NCBI GenBank assembly: GCA_036172245.1
Contig: JAYWIR010000003.1
Coordinates: 4,464,001 to 4,528,000 of the forward strand
Direction of reading: 5' to 3'
From: Raillietiella orientalis
Lineage: Eukaryota
DNA: 64,000 bases
Part shown: piece after piece, positions 1 to 11,480 of the stretch
How the letters are laid out: each line of letters opens with the position of its first letter
Position numbering within the stretch: the stretch's first letter is position 1
Notes under the pieces: generated by a model
What the model saw: the letters and a program-made list of their open reading frames with translations, nothing else
What the model was told of the DNA's origin: nothing
The model's database searches: none
Position numbers and translations under genes: made by a program

Positions 1-2400
1 GATCGCTCTCATAGGGAGGACCTTGGATTTCCGAGAGCTCCTAGTGACGGCAGTCTGAGCGAGCGGGCAGAGGACGCGAGGCATCATCTCCTCTCCCTCC
101 CCCTCTTTTCCCGTGGAGGCCACTGCCTCCCAAGCCTCCTCCAGCCGGTTTCCTACCGGGAGGAGAAAGGAGACGGGAAAAGAGCAGGAGGACGGAAACT
201 TTCCCGATCCGGACAGACCCTCCCTCTCCTAGGGCTCGTCTTCAGGAACGAAGCACCCAGTCTGGAGTGCAGTTTAAAAACAGAATCCTCGGGCAGCGTC
301 CCGCCGCATCCGGTGGACCCTGCGCTTCCCGGATGGCACCACGCGCGCAGGAGGCGGAGCCAGATGCTCCTGGAAACGTCCGGCCCCGCGCTAGTCGATT
401 GAACGCTTCCAGGAGAAACGCGTAGGCGTCTTCCCGGTGGAACCGCAAGGAAACGCTTACTCCCCTCTGGGGTCAGGGGGGACTGCCGGGAGGGGGGGGA
501 GGACGAAAACTTCCTCGAATCCCGTGGCGAAAGGGAGTGGCGGCGTGGGCGCAACCGTCGGGGAGGTTCTCCTGTACAGCCTCGCGCTCTCCGGACCTTC
601 AGGCTGGTCCGTGCCACCCCCTCCTCCATCCCACTCCGCCGAGATCAACAGGGAGGATAAACCCATGGGTGGCATCATCCATCGTCCCCAACTCCTATAA
701 AGTCGTCCAGCTTGCCTTCCGGCTCTTCAGCGGGATGGGACCAGGGCAGGGGATGCTCCTGCTGCGGAGGAGACCTCCCGGAATGCAGTCGGGCGCCACC
801 GTTCGGGCATCGGGAATTGGCCAGCCATGCTGCTGCGGGGTAGGAGGAGGAGAACAACACGTTGGTCGTCCGGCGATCCGCGGGATCTCTGTGGGTCTTA
901 CCGGAGATCCTGCAGATTTTCTCTTCCTTCCACCCGGGATTCCTTTGCTTGCTTTCCCTCCTCTCTCCCTCCTCCTACGTTCCCTTCCACCTCTGGCTGC
1001 AGACCTCCGAGGAGGCTCGCTGGAAGGGTATAGAGCTGACTCGGCGGGCCACTGCATCCTGCTCGGCGGGACGCTCCCGCCATCAGCATCTCCGACGGGT
1101 TGCCCCTCGTTGGGGGGACAGCGTGAGGGCTCTGTGGGAAGCGAAAGAACGGGGAGGAAAGTCGACTTGGGGCCTTCTCACGGCCACGTCCCGCTCGCCT
1201 GGGGCATGTGACTTTCCTCCGGAACTCCAAACGGTACTTCCCGTATTCTGGTGGGCTCTTCAGGTGGGAGCGTTGCGGTGGTGCGGGAAAGGAAGGGCAA
1301 CCGGAATGGGGAACCTCTCGGTAGCCGGAGGCCTTCTCGTTGAGGGCAGGCTCAACTCCTGCTTGTGTGGGCCAATCAGCTCTCCAGGAATGCCCCAAGG
1401 AGTCCGAGCATCCACCCGGGATGGCCACGCTGGCCGTATCACCCGAGCGTAGGACAACCGGAGCGCCACTCGTCCGTCAGGCGGAGCTTCAGCCGGCACA
1501 CCGGCGGCGAATCCAGTAGGAATCGACGACCTTCCGGAGATGAACGTGGAGCGAAGAGTAGGCGCTCAACAGCTGGTGATACGCCGCTTCCGGGCTCCAG
1601 AGGCAGGGAGGATGCTGAGAGAGAAAAGGACCAGCTTTCCTGCGTCACTTTTCAGAGGCAGAGGAACTGCGGATCGCGCGAGGCCTCCCTGTGAGCAGCT
1701 TCACTTCCGGTCGCCACTTGACCCGCCCCCAGGGAAGCACAAATCCCTCAAAAGGTTTCATTTTCCATCCCCACATCCTTCTCCTTTCACTATAGGTGCT
1801 TCAGAGTTTCCAGGATACAGAGGGAGGTTAGCTCGCGAGTCCTGCTCCCAAGGCGGGATGAGCCATTGAAGACGGGCACTTCTTACGCCACCCCACACAT
1901 GTACGTGCGTATACAGGTAGCGCACATATTCAGGCTGAATTCGTACCGCTTCTCGAAACGGCTCTTCTGAAGGAGCCAAATGGAGGACCCGGGGGGTATC
2001 CGTCTTTGAGAAGCTCTTTGGCAACGTCCCTGGTAACGCCTCTGACTTGAGAGTCAGAGGCGTTGCTAGTCACCAGTCAGCGTCTGCTTAGCGCCCGCAT
2101 TCCACCGTGGGCGGTCGCTTCCACAGACTAGGGCGAGCAGCAGGTCAGGCAGGAGGAAGATGCTCAGCTCGACTTCATCCAGACAGCACGGCGGCTCCAG
2201 CTGACGGCGTTCTCGGGACTCCTCAGTCCCGGAACCGCGCGTTCCTTGAGTGAATCGGAAATGAACCGGAAGGCAGTGTTTAGGGCTGGAGCAGTCTTCG
2301 GCGTGGTGCTTCGAACCGGCGCATTCGGTCAACACGGGGTCAGCACTCAATCGGAAGGTGTTCCGTCTAGAGACCTCCACACGCGCTTCTGCGCGCTTCC
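1..2400 (-). mobile_element. Decayed LINE ORF1-like relic (L1/Tx1-like), boundaries approximate
   Basis: Minus frame 1758-2024 (...IPP...LYPGNSEAPIVKGEGCG) loosely resembles the Tx1 ORF1 'IP...YPGQP..C..CG' region. The plus-frame 'TGDP' DNA motif near 900 recurs at about 13360 and 14520. By-eye only. Confidence 0.3.
2035..2064. other. Perfect 13-bp inverted repeat (hairpin)
   Basis: AACGCCTCTGACT-TGAG-AGTCAGAGGCGTT read directly. Confidence 0.95.
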
Positions 2401-4099
2401 GGGTGGCCTTCCGCGTCCAACAATATTTAAGAGCTGGATGTATGAATGTAATTTTGTATTGAAATAGGATTTAATTGTAAATTTGTTGGAGACAGGTGGC
2501 CTTTTCGAAGGGCGGCTCCAAACCACAGAAGCAGAGTCCACGACACGCTGCATCTCCTAGCAGCGGTGTCCTCATCCTCGCTTCCTCCCTTGAGAGCTGT
2601 GCGTCCGTCTCCCTCCCCCCCGTCGGTTCCCTGGAAGGGCTGCACGCTCTCTTCTCTGCCAGAAGGATCGGCACCGGCTGACCAAAGAGCTGGGATCCTC
2701 TTCTCCACCTGAAGGAAACGCCTGGTCCTTCCTCCCGCTTGCTGCCGACCCTGGCAGTCCCAGAGTTGTTGAAGGGAACGGCGAGCAAGTGAAGAACATG
2801 CAAGCAAGCCCATCGAGTCAGGAACGGATGCACCACCGTGCCTGTGAGTCCGTGACTCGTTCCGCATCTCCTCCTCCTTCTCGCTGGAACAGATGGCCTG
2901 CAGCAAGAGGACTCCTCACCACCGTCGCCTCAGCCGCCTCCGTGACTTCCGGGAACGCCACCCGAGGGAAGGCTCGTCGCACCTCGCCCTCGGCAACCCA
3001 CCCACCCTCTGGCTGCAGCGACCAGTCACCCCGCGATGCACCGCCAATGCGGGACGCCGTCCGGGCTCAAATTCAGGACTCTCCATGCGGGAGGGTGCCA
3101 TCTCGACAGGTCTCTCGGAGACTTCCCCGAGGTGAATTCCCTGCCGAGCTCCTCCCGAAGCGCCTCCCGAGACTCAGAGAATCCCGTTGTGACCGGTCCG
3201 ACCCCGCTGTCAGCCCAGGGGCCCTGGCAACGGAATTCCCTCAGGAGAGACACGGGCGAGCGAAGAAATCCTTTTTATCGTGTTCCGGGATTCGCATCCA
3301 TCCGTTTCCAGGGAGCTGCACGTCTCGCCTGAACTCATCGGAATGATCAATAAATGTGCGGAGAGCGGGAGGGAGCCACGAGCGAAAGGGGTAGTCACGG
3401 CCGCGGGGACAAGCCCGCCGACCGCCCACGCGAAAATTCCCCGGGAGCGCCCGAGCGTGACCGGAACTCATCCTGCACGACGGTTCCGCTCGAGGGGAAC
3501 GCTCTGGGAACGAGCACCGTGTTGAGCGGGAATGTTCGGGATACTCCGCCGCCGCGTCCCGGGAGGAAAGAGGGCGGGCAAGAGCGGACGGGAGGGAGCG
3601 ATCCCCATGGTCGGCCGCCGCTCCTCTCGGGAGGGGGGAGAGCCCGGGAGATCGATGGGAGCCAAAAAAAAAAACTCTTGCGACATCCCGATACAGGAAG
3701 GTTCCCGACCGAGGAGCTACTAAAAATTTTATGGGCGCAAATAAAGAGACGCGCCATGGCGCGGCTCGGGCGACCGTTGCGCGTCTCCGGTTTATATGGC
3801 TCCCGGCTTCCATTGCCGTGGAGCGGCCCATAAAACAAAGCAGCCTCTTTACCACAGGTTGGGAGAAGCTGCGGTGGATTCCTGGAGCGTTCCGGTCGTA
3901 AATTTCGGGAAGGCACGCGCGCGCTCCCTGTGCTGACCAGGGGAGGCGGGCAGACGACACAAACCTCCCGTCCGGATGTTTCTCCCAGACTCGCGGGCCG
4001 TGGCCCAGCGGAGGGGGCAGCGGGCTTCCTCGACGGTGGGCCGCGCGGTTCCGGAGGGACATGGCTGCCGATTTCGGGGACGCTGGGGCGGCGGGCGAG

Positions 4100-6700
4100 C
4101 CAGATCGAGAGCATAAGGAATTTTCTCGGCGAGGGATTCCCGAAGGTGCCTCACACCTACCTCGTTGGGGCTCGGCCCCTCATCACCCCTGGTCGACCCT
4201 CAACTGATGTGCTCCCAAACTCCGGAAGGGAAATCACTGAGGGGAAACTGCCGGTGCTCTCCTGGAGGAGGACTCCCTCCTCGCTTGCGTCGCCCCCGGG
4301 AGACAGCCGACTCAGACTGACAGGGCTTAGGGAAGGCGCCGCTTCAGCTGACTCCCAAGTTCCCGTTGCGGGCCCCGCAGAGAATGTCCCTCGACCCGCC
4401 CTCTGGTCGCACAGCCTTCCAAAGAGAGTGCTCCCGCTAATGCCAAGGGTGGAGTTCCGAAGCCTAGCGACAGTACCCCCTACGACCCCCTGCCTTGAGC
4501 CTTCCAGGAGGAGACGGGAACAGGAATCCGCGCGCTCAGAAGGCGACATCCCAAAGGGGTCACCCCTTGTGCGCCTGTGCTAAGCCGCCGGATGAGTTGC
4601 GCAGGACCGCAGCCCCAGGACGCCTCTTCGACTACCGCCGCCGCCGTCCGTACAGAGCGCCCTTGGCGGGAGAACCCAGAAGGGGAAGCATCAGCAGCAT
4701 CGGCGGGCGTAGAACGCCGCACGCCAGCCCAGAAGGAAACAGAAGACGCGCCCCGCACCCAAGGTCACCGCGACCTCCGACATTCCTTGAAGGACGCGGC
4801 ATCCTCAGCCTCGCAAGGGAGACTGGGAACCCTGAGAATCTCTCGCGATCCTCTGAAGGCACCCCGGCGAGGGAGGGGAGGCGTGAGGTTAGGCGCCGGA
4901 CTCGGGACGCGGACCCGGGACCTCCCCGCCGCGCTCAGGGGCTCAGGTTGTGCGGCACATCGTCTCCTTTTGGTCCAGAGCAAGGAGGAAAGTCCCGCGC
5001 CGCTCCTTCAGCGCTGGCAGAACGACTGACTACTCCGCCCCTCCGAGATGGATGAGACCTTCGACCTTGACCCCTGCCCACCTTCTCGCTGGTCAGGAGG
5101 GTGCAGGGAGCACAACAAGGGGCCTCCTCCTCTGGGGGAGGGAGCTCGCACTGCGGAAGCAGGACGATGCCATCCCGTATCCCAGAAACAGACGCTTTCT
5201 CAGAGGATGGAGCACACCTGAACCGAGTGGGGAGAGGCTCGTCACCCTCAGTCCTCCCGGAGGAAGAAGCAGGGCGGTTACCTTCCTGAGAGAGTTGGGG
5301 TTACCCAAAGAACGGAGAGAGACTTGCGGATCCTTTTGTTTTTCCTCAGGGAAACTTTCCCGCGCGTCTTCATCCCATCGTTGCCTGACGAAGGCTACGT
5401 GATGACCAGAGCGGTGCCTCACCCTTACCATCCCCATCCTTCCTCCCCAGACCTCGCGCGAGCATCCAGCGATTGAGGCCAACAGCTCCTTCCCGATGCG
5501 GCAGTGACCTCCGCCTCGACGGAAACAGTCCCTGGTGGTGCACCCCTCGGGCTGTGAGACCCCACGAGGGCCACCCTCCTCCACGGGGAGAGCATCTCCC
5601 TCTTCCCCGAGGTCCAGACCTCTCGTTTCCAGGTAGGAATGACCCTTCCCCGAATAGGGAACATCTGTGACCTCTAGAAAGAGCGCTCAACCCCCCTGCG
5701 GAAAGTTGGGTGGTGGTTTGTACGCCCTACGGTGGCCTTGATCCCTGGTGCAGCGCGAGAGCTAGACGAAAGGAATCCCGCGCGTCACTCTCTGGAACCC
5801 TGCCGCAGGGCATCTCCTCTCCCGGCCAGGAAAGGACCGCGGCAGCTCAAGGGAGTGGGGGAGGGGAGGAACAGGAGAATTGGAGCAAAAGGAGAAGCAA
5901 CCCGAGGGATCCTTTCGATCGCGTTCCGGGAACGAGCCAGAGGCTGCAGCAGGGCTGGAAACGTATCCCGGGGGCGCTCCTCTTCCCCGGTGGAGCTCTA
6001 GTGGAGGTCGCCAAGATGAGGATCCCGTCTCCTGGTTACACTTGGCCCCGGGACGAGGGGTCGAGGGGCTCAGCCGGCTGCAGCAAACCTCGCCCCCCAC
6101 CCCTCGCCTCTTCCGCGCGTTTCCCTGTTGGGAGAGCATCCGACAGACAGAAATTATGAGGGTTCCCGGCCATCCCCCTTATTCACCGGTTGATGGTTTT
6201 CCCCCGCCTAGCTGCGTCCCCGTCGAAGTTCGGACCCTCTCCGCGCTGACCACTCCGTCGGCTGACCTGCAGCGCGCCCGGGGCGAGGGAGGTCATCTCC
6301 CTCTCTTCCCCGAGAAGACGGTGGGGATGCATCCAGGATGACTCTGAGCCCCGCGTCCCGCCCGGAGGAGTTCGGGATACGTGGTCTTCCTTCCTCTTCC
6401 TCCCTCCCGCTCGCCGCTTCGCCCCTCCAAGTGTTCCCCACGGGCTGCTTTATTGCCTCGCAGTTCCCCAGTTACTTCGGCCCCATTGCCCCCTTCCTCC
6501 TTTATTCCAGGGTCTGAGATGAATTTTACGACGTCTCTCCAGGATGCTCTGAAAAGAACGGCAAACAAGGCGTCCTCGGCTTCCAGAAGGGCATCATCGA
6601 TTGTGCCGTTCCCACTCCCTCCCCCTCTCCTGCGCCCCTATTACTGCCGTGGCGTGCCTTCGCAGGGTCGTAAAATCTCTATCCCCAGCGGGTAGGGGAT
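4100..6700 (-). mobile_element. Decayed LINE ORF1-like relic
   Basis: Minus frames 'DALLEAEDALFAVLFRASWRDVVKF' (about 6550), 'GWPGTLIISVCRMLSQQG' (about 6150) and 'RHRSGHHVAF' (about 5400, knuckle-like). Contains the repeat unit shared with 7215-7470. Confidence 0.4.
5390..5610 (-). repeat. Dispersed repeat copy A (LINE ORF1 knuckle-region family)
   Basis: Colinear DNA similarity with 7215-7470 (e.g. CTCGACGGAAA, GACCCCACGA-GGCCACCCT, GGAGAGCATCT). The GGCTACG..AGCGGTGCC core recurs near 11200, 30940 and 61743. Strand inferred from the ORF1-like translation. Confidence 0.85.
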
Positions 6701-7214
6701 GCTCCGTGCGACCGTCTGCGGCTCGCGGCCGCCTGCGCCCGGGAGGAGAGGCGCGGAGACTCGCCGCTTCCTCGGCCGACCCCAGAGGGAAGGGAACGCC
6801 ACTCCCTGAGGAAGGGGCGGGAAAACGGCAGGGGCGAACCTCCCTTGCCTTCCCCGCCCGCTTCCAGGACCCTTCCCTCCCGGGATCCTCACTCCGGCGA
6901 GTGAGATCTCCATGGTGACCAGGGGTGTGGTGGGAGGAAGCGACTTTCCCCCCGGGGCCGCAGCGTAGAGGACAAGCTGAGTCTTTTCACAGCCGGGCGA
7001 GCCTTGGGGGGGAAGGGGGCTGTGGGGTGAGAAAGAGGCCCTCCCTCCCTCGGAACCACGCTGAAGGAGCCCCCAATCCGGGTGGGGCTGGGGTGGTATC
7101 AGCACCCTCTTCTCTCCGCTTCGCCTTCCCAGCGTGCCCGCGGAGAGCTGCTGACCTCGAAGCTGCTCTGACCAGGAGCGCGCAGGGTCACCTTCGGTTT
7201 CTCTGGAGAGCCAA

Positions 7215-7470
7215 AGTGACCAAGGCAGCGCCTCACCCCTACCGTCCCCATCCTTGCCGTGGGGTAGGGGAGGGGAGAGGGATCTTCTTCTCCATGCTTC
7301 CTCCCAGGCCTCACGCGAACATCCGGCGGTTGTGGCCAATAGCGCACTCCCGATCCGGTGGTGATCCCCGTCTCGACGGAAATAACCCCTGGCGGTACAC
7401 TCCTCGAGCCGTGGGACCCCACGAAGGCCACCCTTCCCCATCCCACGGAGAGAGCATCTTCCTCGAGTTC
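7215..7470 (-). repeat. Dispersed repeat copy B (homologous to 5390-5610)
   Basis: Same-orientation DNA similarity to 5390-5610. The minus frame 'VPPGVISVETGITTGSGVRYWPQPPDVRVRPGRKH' resembles decayed Tx1 ORF1 'IP..I....Y.GQP..C..CG..H'. Confidence 0.85.
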
Positions 7471-8849
7471 CGACAACGCGTCCCCAGATTCCACTGATCA
7501 TCCTCCACAGATTCGTTCGCGCACCCTTCGGATGCTGTCCGATGGAGCGACAGCCTCCAGCCCTGGACCGCGCACTCTCCCTCGATCACGAAATGCCCTC
7601 CTCGTAGGGAAGTCCCCCCGCGGCTTGTGACAGGTGCTTTAGGTTCCCTGAGCCTTAGGCGGACCAGGAGACTTACCTGCGCGGGAAGAACAGCGAGTGC
7701 GTGCTAAAGGACGGCTCTCGTGAAAGAGGAGGGGCAAGAGGAGGAGGGAGAGCTCCTCGGGGAGGAAGGAGACTCAGATGCTGACCCGAGTCGGCAAGAG
7801 GAGCCGCCGGGCAGACCGGAGAGCGAAAGGAGGAGATGACCGCCCCTTCGGTGGAAGAGCCGAGGGGCGCGCGCGCCGGTGCTGGGGCCGGAGTAGCTCC
7901 GAGATCTCTTTCCTCCACCAGCCCCAGAGACCCCTCCGCCGCCGTCTCTCCGCCTTCGAAGCCGCGGGTGCTCCGCCGCGCCGCCCCCGCGAGCCTCTCC
8001 AGCAGCCTGGGGAGCGGCGACCCCTCCCGCCTCCTCCCTCAGGCGTAGGGTGCCCTCCCGGCTGGCCGATGGACCGCTGCGGCGGCGGCAGCGACTCTAC
8101 CGACGTCTCTTCCGCCTACCGACCTGCGACGCCTCCGCAAGCACCGATTCTCTCTGCCGCCTTGACAACCCGGCCCTCCGGTGCTCCCCTTCGCAGCAAT
8201 CCGGATGAACTGCCCCCGAGCGGTCAGGTTTCGGACAGAATTCCGCCCGAGGAAGCTGCGCTGCTGCGTCGTTCCGCGGCGGCGCGGCGCGCATCCCGGA
8301 GCCGACGCCACGCTCCCCTCCGGGGCCGCGGGCGCTGGAGAAAACCTTGAACTCCCCCGAGGCGGGAGCCTCTTGCCCTCCCTCCTCCTGTGGAAACCTC
8401 CAGACATGCAAATAGCCTTTCCCAGCGTCGCGCCTCGCCACCCACACCGCTCCAGAAACGCTGACTGATGTCTCTGTCAGCAGTGGGCCCGGCCCTTCCT
8501 CCCGCGATGCTCTAAGACATGAATTTCTCGAGAATAATCGGTCGGAACGGACAGAGACCACGGCTTCACCTGGAAGGCACTTTACCCGACGGCAGCCCCT
8601 GAGGGCACCGCCGGTTTCCTTCTTGTTGTCAGGCGCGATTTAAAGCCGATCGTTAAAGGGGGCTTATGCTGCCTCTGCTTCGCCCGATGCGTTGCTGCCC
8701 ACACGTGGGGCCATCCAGGGCCCACTGGCTGCGAGCCTCTCCGAAAAGATGACCCGCGATCGCGGGCGGGCTTCCCGGAGGTCACTGCCTCCGCGCGTTC
8801 CGAGAGCTGCTCCCCCGCCATCGCCTCTCGACAGGGCCGCGTCCGTCCC

Positions 8850-10000
8850 GGTCAGGTGTTCTCGCGCGTTGGCAGGGGAGCAGCAGCAGCATTCCTTACT
8901 CCCGGTTCCCGGGCTCGGATGCCCCTTGGGTGGCCCATGGAACTGGGGTCGCTTCCGAAACTACTCCCGAAGAGCAGCAACTCTTTCCTGCTACTCCTGC
9001 GAGAATCCCCGTTTCGTGAGGAAATTCCAATACCTCTCCCGACCCTTGCGTGCATGCCTTAGGGCTGGTTGGCTCCCCTCGCGAAATCTTCACGCGATTT
9101 CCAAGTTGGCAGCACTGCCTGCACGTCGGAAAAGGCGTCTTTCCGGTTCGGGTCTTCCTTTCACGTTCGGTTCGGCTTCCTCTTCGAGTGGAGTTGCCGA
9201 CGCGCACGAGTAGGCTGTCTGGGGAGCCCGGGAATGGGACCACACGACGGTTCTTTTTCGCACGTTTCCCCCATTCTCCCAATCCTCGCCGCGGGTTTCA
9301 AAGCACCGGAGGTCACGGGTTGCGCTGCACGTTCTGTCCTGTGCAGGCACCCACAACGGAGCAGCAAGGAATTCCCTCGTTTGATCCTTGGATCGTGACA
9401 TCATCGTTCGAGAGGGATCCACCACCGACTGGGGGATCACGCACAGGCACCCTGGACGTGCGTGTCAATTCCTAGTACTCGTGTCGGTTTCGTCTTTCAG
9501 CTGGACGGTTCCACTGTCAAGCAGCATGCTAGAGTATCATGGAACAAAGAGGACCTCTTTTCGTTTTCTACTTGCCCATCTCTTTTGTTGATGCTCCTTC
9601 ACTTCCCCTCTTCGGCATTCGGCTCTTCTTGGACGGATGAGCGAGGCAAGCATGCGGTTGCACATGGGCACATGGGGAGACGGTGGTGCAAGAATGGTCA
9701 TCCGGTTTTCCGGGAAACGAAGGTGGCGTTTCCCGCAAAGGAACCGCAACCTCACCTGCTGGAATTCTCAGGTGAGGACCGCTCTGAAATTTCTGAGGAA
9801 AGCGTCCAGCACCTGTTCCAGAATCCGCCGATGACGGGCAACCAACCACCTTTCCACTCCTCCACCACTTCTCCCACGCGCGCTCACAGGAGCAGCACGA
9901 AGCTTCGCACCGGGGGCTGGGTGCTCAGTTGACGCTCCGGAAGGAGGCAAAAATGATGATGCTCCAGATGCCATTCTCGATCATGGCAACAACGCCGCGG
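8850..10000 (-). mobile_element. Decayed LINE ORF1 with CCHC zinc-knuckle remnant
   Basis: About 9082-9135 translates to PFPTCRQCCQLGNRVKIS (Cx2Cx4[H>N]x4[C>S]). The upstream frame 9537-9755 'SPHVPMCNRMLASL...GEVKEH' resembles the ORF1 RRM-like region. Confidence 0.5.
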
Positions 10001-10649
10001 AAGGAGCCAGACAAATGCCAACCTTCTCTTCCTCTGCAGACCAGAGGAACCGAAGCAGCCCAGCAGATCCTCCTAGAGGAAAGGAGCCTCGAGGGAGCAG
10101 CCAGATGGACAACCATACTCTCCGGAGGAATCTGAAGAACAAAACAGGAGCAGTGGTCCAGAAATCACACAGCAGAAGAATCCATCTCGGAGCAAGCAAA
10201 GGGTGAAAGGCCACTGAAAAATAGGGAAGAATCAAAGAGGGATTCTTATCTTGCACAGAAAAAGAAGAAAAAAAAAGACAAATGAGAACTCACCAGCAGC
10301 AGAAAAATCCAAAAGAGAAAAATCAGCTGCAGAATCGGAAACGAAGCGGGAAGAGCGGGCGTCTCCCAAACAACAAGGGAACCAACTGAAGAAAAAGAAT
10401 ACCAAGCTATCAGCTCGCGACAGCAAAAAGCAGTCAGAGAAAAACCTGCAAAAAAGCACAGCAGACGCGTCGGAATCGAAACTGCGCCGTGACAGCCGAA
10501 GACACCAAACGCTGCACAAAAAGGAGCGCGAGAGAAAACACGTGCGACAAAGAATGAATCACACTGAAAGAATGCCAAGAAGAGGAGAAAATGAAAGAAA
10601 ACGACGTGAAGCACGAGCATGTCTGCTGACGCTCGAGTCACTTCCTCCT

Positions 10650-11120
10650 CTAGTGAGAGGCTGCTGAGGTGCACCGCAGGAGCACGGACTTTTTCAACAT
10701 CATCTTTGATTTTTTTTTTCTTTTTAGGCATCCATCGAAGGTCCACCTGTTATTTTTAGCAGAGTGATCGGCAACTTGGCAAAGAATCCTCAACTTTATG
10801 CCCAACGGTCCGTTAAGATGAAGCCAGGAGGAACTTCTTTCCAGCTTTTTCACGCATCCAAAGATTGAAAAAGTCGTTTCTAGTCTCCCATGACTGCAAG
10901 GGCCAGTTGTCTCCATATCTCATGCTGTCCAGCTGCCTGCTGGACATCTTCACCGAAACCATCCGCTGCAGCCGTCGGAATTCGAAGGCTCCACGTGAGC
11001 TTTGCGACCACGACTTCCTTCCCAGTGCTGAAACCCTCAGGGCGGCAGCTGCGGAGAAACCGGGGTACATCCACAGTGGGGTGTCCCCACGCTTTCGGTC
11101 AGCGGTCCCCTTTTTCAGCA
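10650..11120 (-). mobile_element. Possible LINE ORF2 C-terminal relic
   Basis: 'LQSWETRNDFF' resembles the L1-clade C-terminal 'IW..RN..F' motif; the rest is heavily decayed. Confidence 0.3.
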
Positions 11121-11169
11121 TCCCCTCAGAGACTCTTCAGCGATCTCCCGAGTTCTTTTGATGACCCTG

Positions 11170-11480
11170 TTCTCGCCCACTCGCACCGCTGCGACGAGGA
11201 AGGCTACGTGCAGCCAGACCACGGGGCGGAACGCCCCCTCCTTCAAAGAGTCTTCCTAGCAACCTTCCCGTTCCCCTCCTTCCCTGGAGGAGGCGCGACT
11301 TGCCCTTCCAGAGTGTTTTCCCGGCGTCGGGCAGGTGAAGTGGGTCTCCGCTCCCGATTCACCGCAAGCCTCGCAGCGTTCACCTTCCGAGTCCACGGCC
11401 CTCGGCTTTCCCCTCGCCAGCATCCCCTGCCCTCAGGGTCAGTCCGGCCGCGAAACCTCGGAGGGCGTGTGTTGCCTTCA
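11170..11480 (-). repeat. Further copy of the 5390/7215 repeat family
   Basis: Shares GAAGGCTACGTG with 5390-5401, and a downstream CCGGCG...CTCCCGAT similarity. Confidence 0.45.

Noticed and set aside
6523..6676. 10-bp inverted repeat ATTTTACGAC/GTCGTAAAAT as MITE TIRs
   Set aside because: No TSD or internal structure; several such pairs are expected by chance in 64 kb.
7670..7682. U1 snRNA 5' end or minus-strand donor (ACTTACCTG; also near 24101)
   Set aside because: There is no further U1 similarity and no credible coding exon attached.
8930..9012. RanBP2-type zinc finger (WNWGRFRNYSRR..CYSCENPR) on the plus strand
   Set aside because: The first two cysteines are absent, and the region lies antisense to a LINE ORF1 relic; probably chance.
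10251..10667. K/R/E-rich 138-aa ORF
   Set aside because: It is the translation of an A-rich low-complexity tract, with no domain and no initial ATG.
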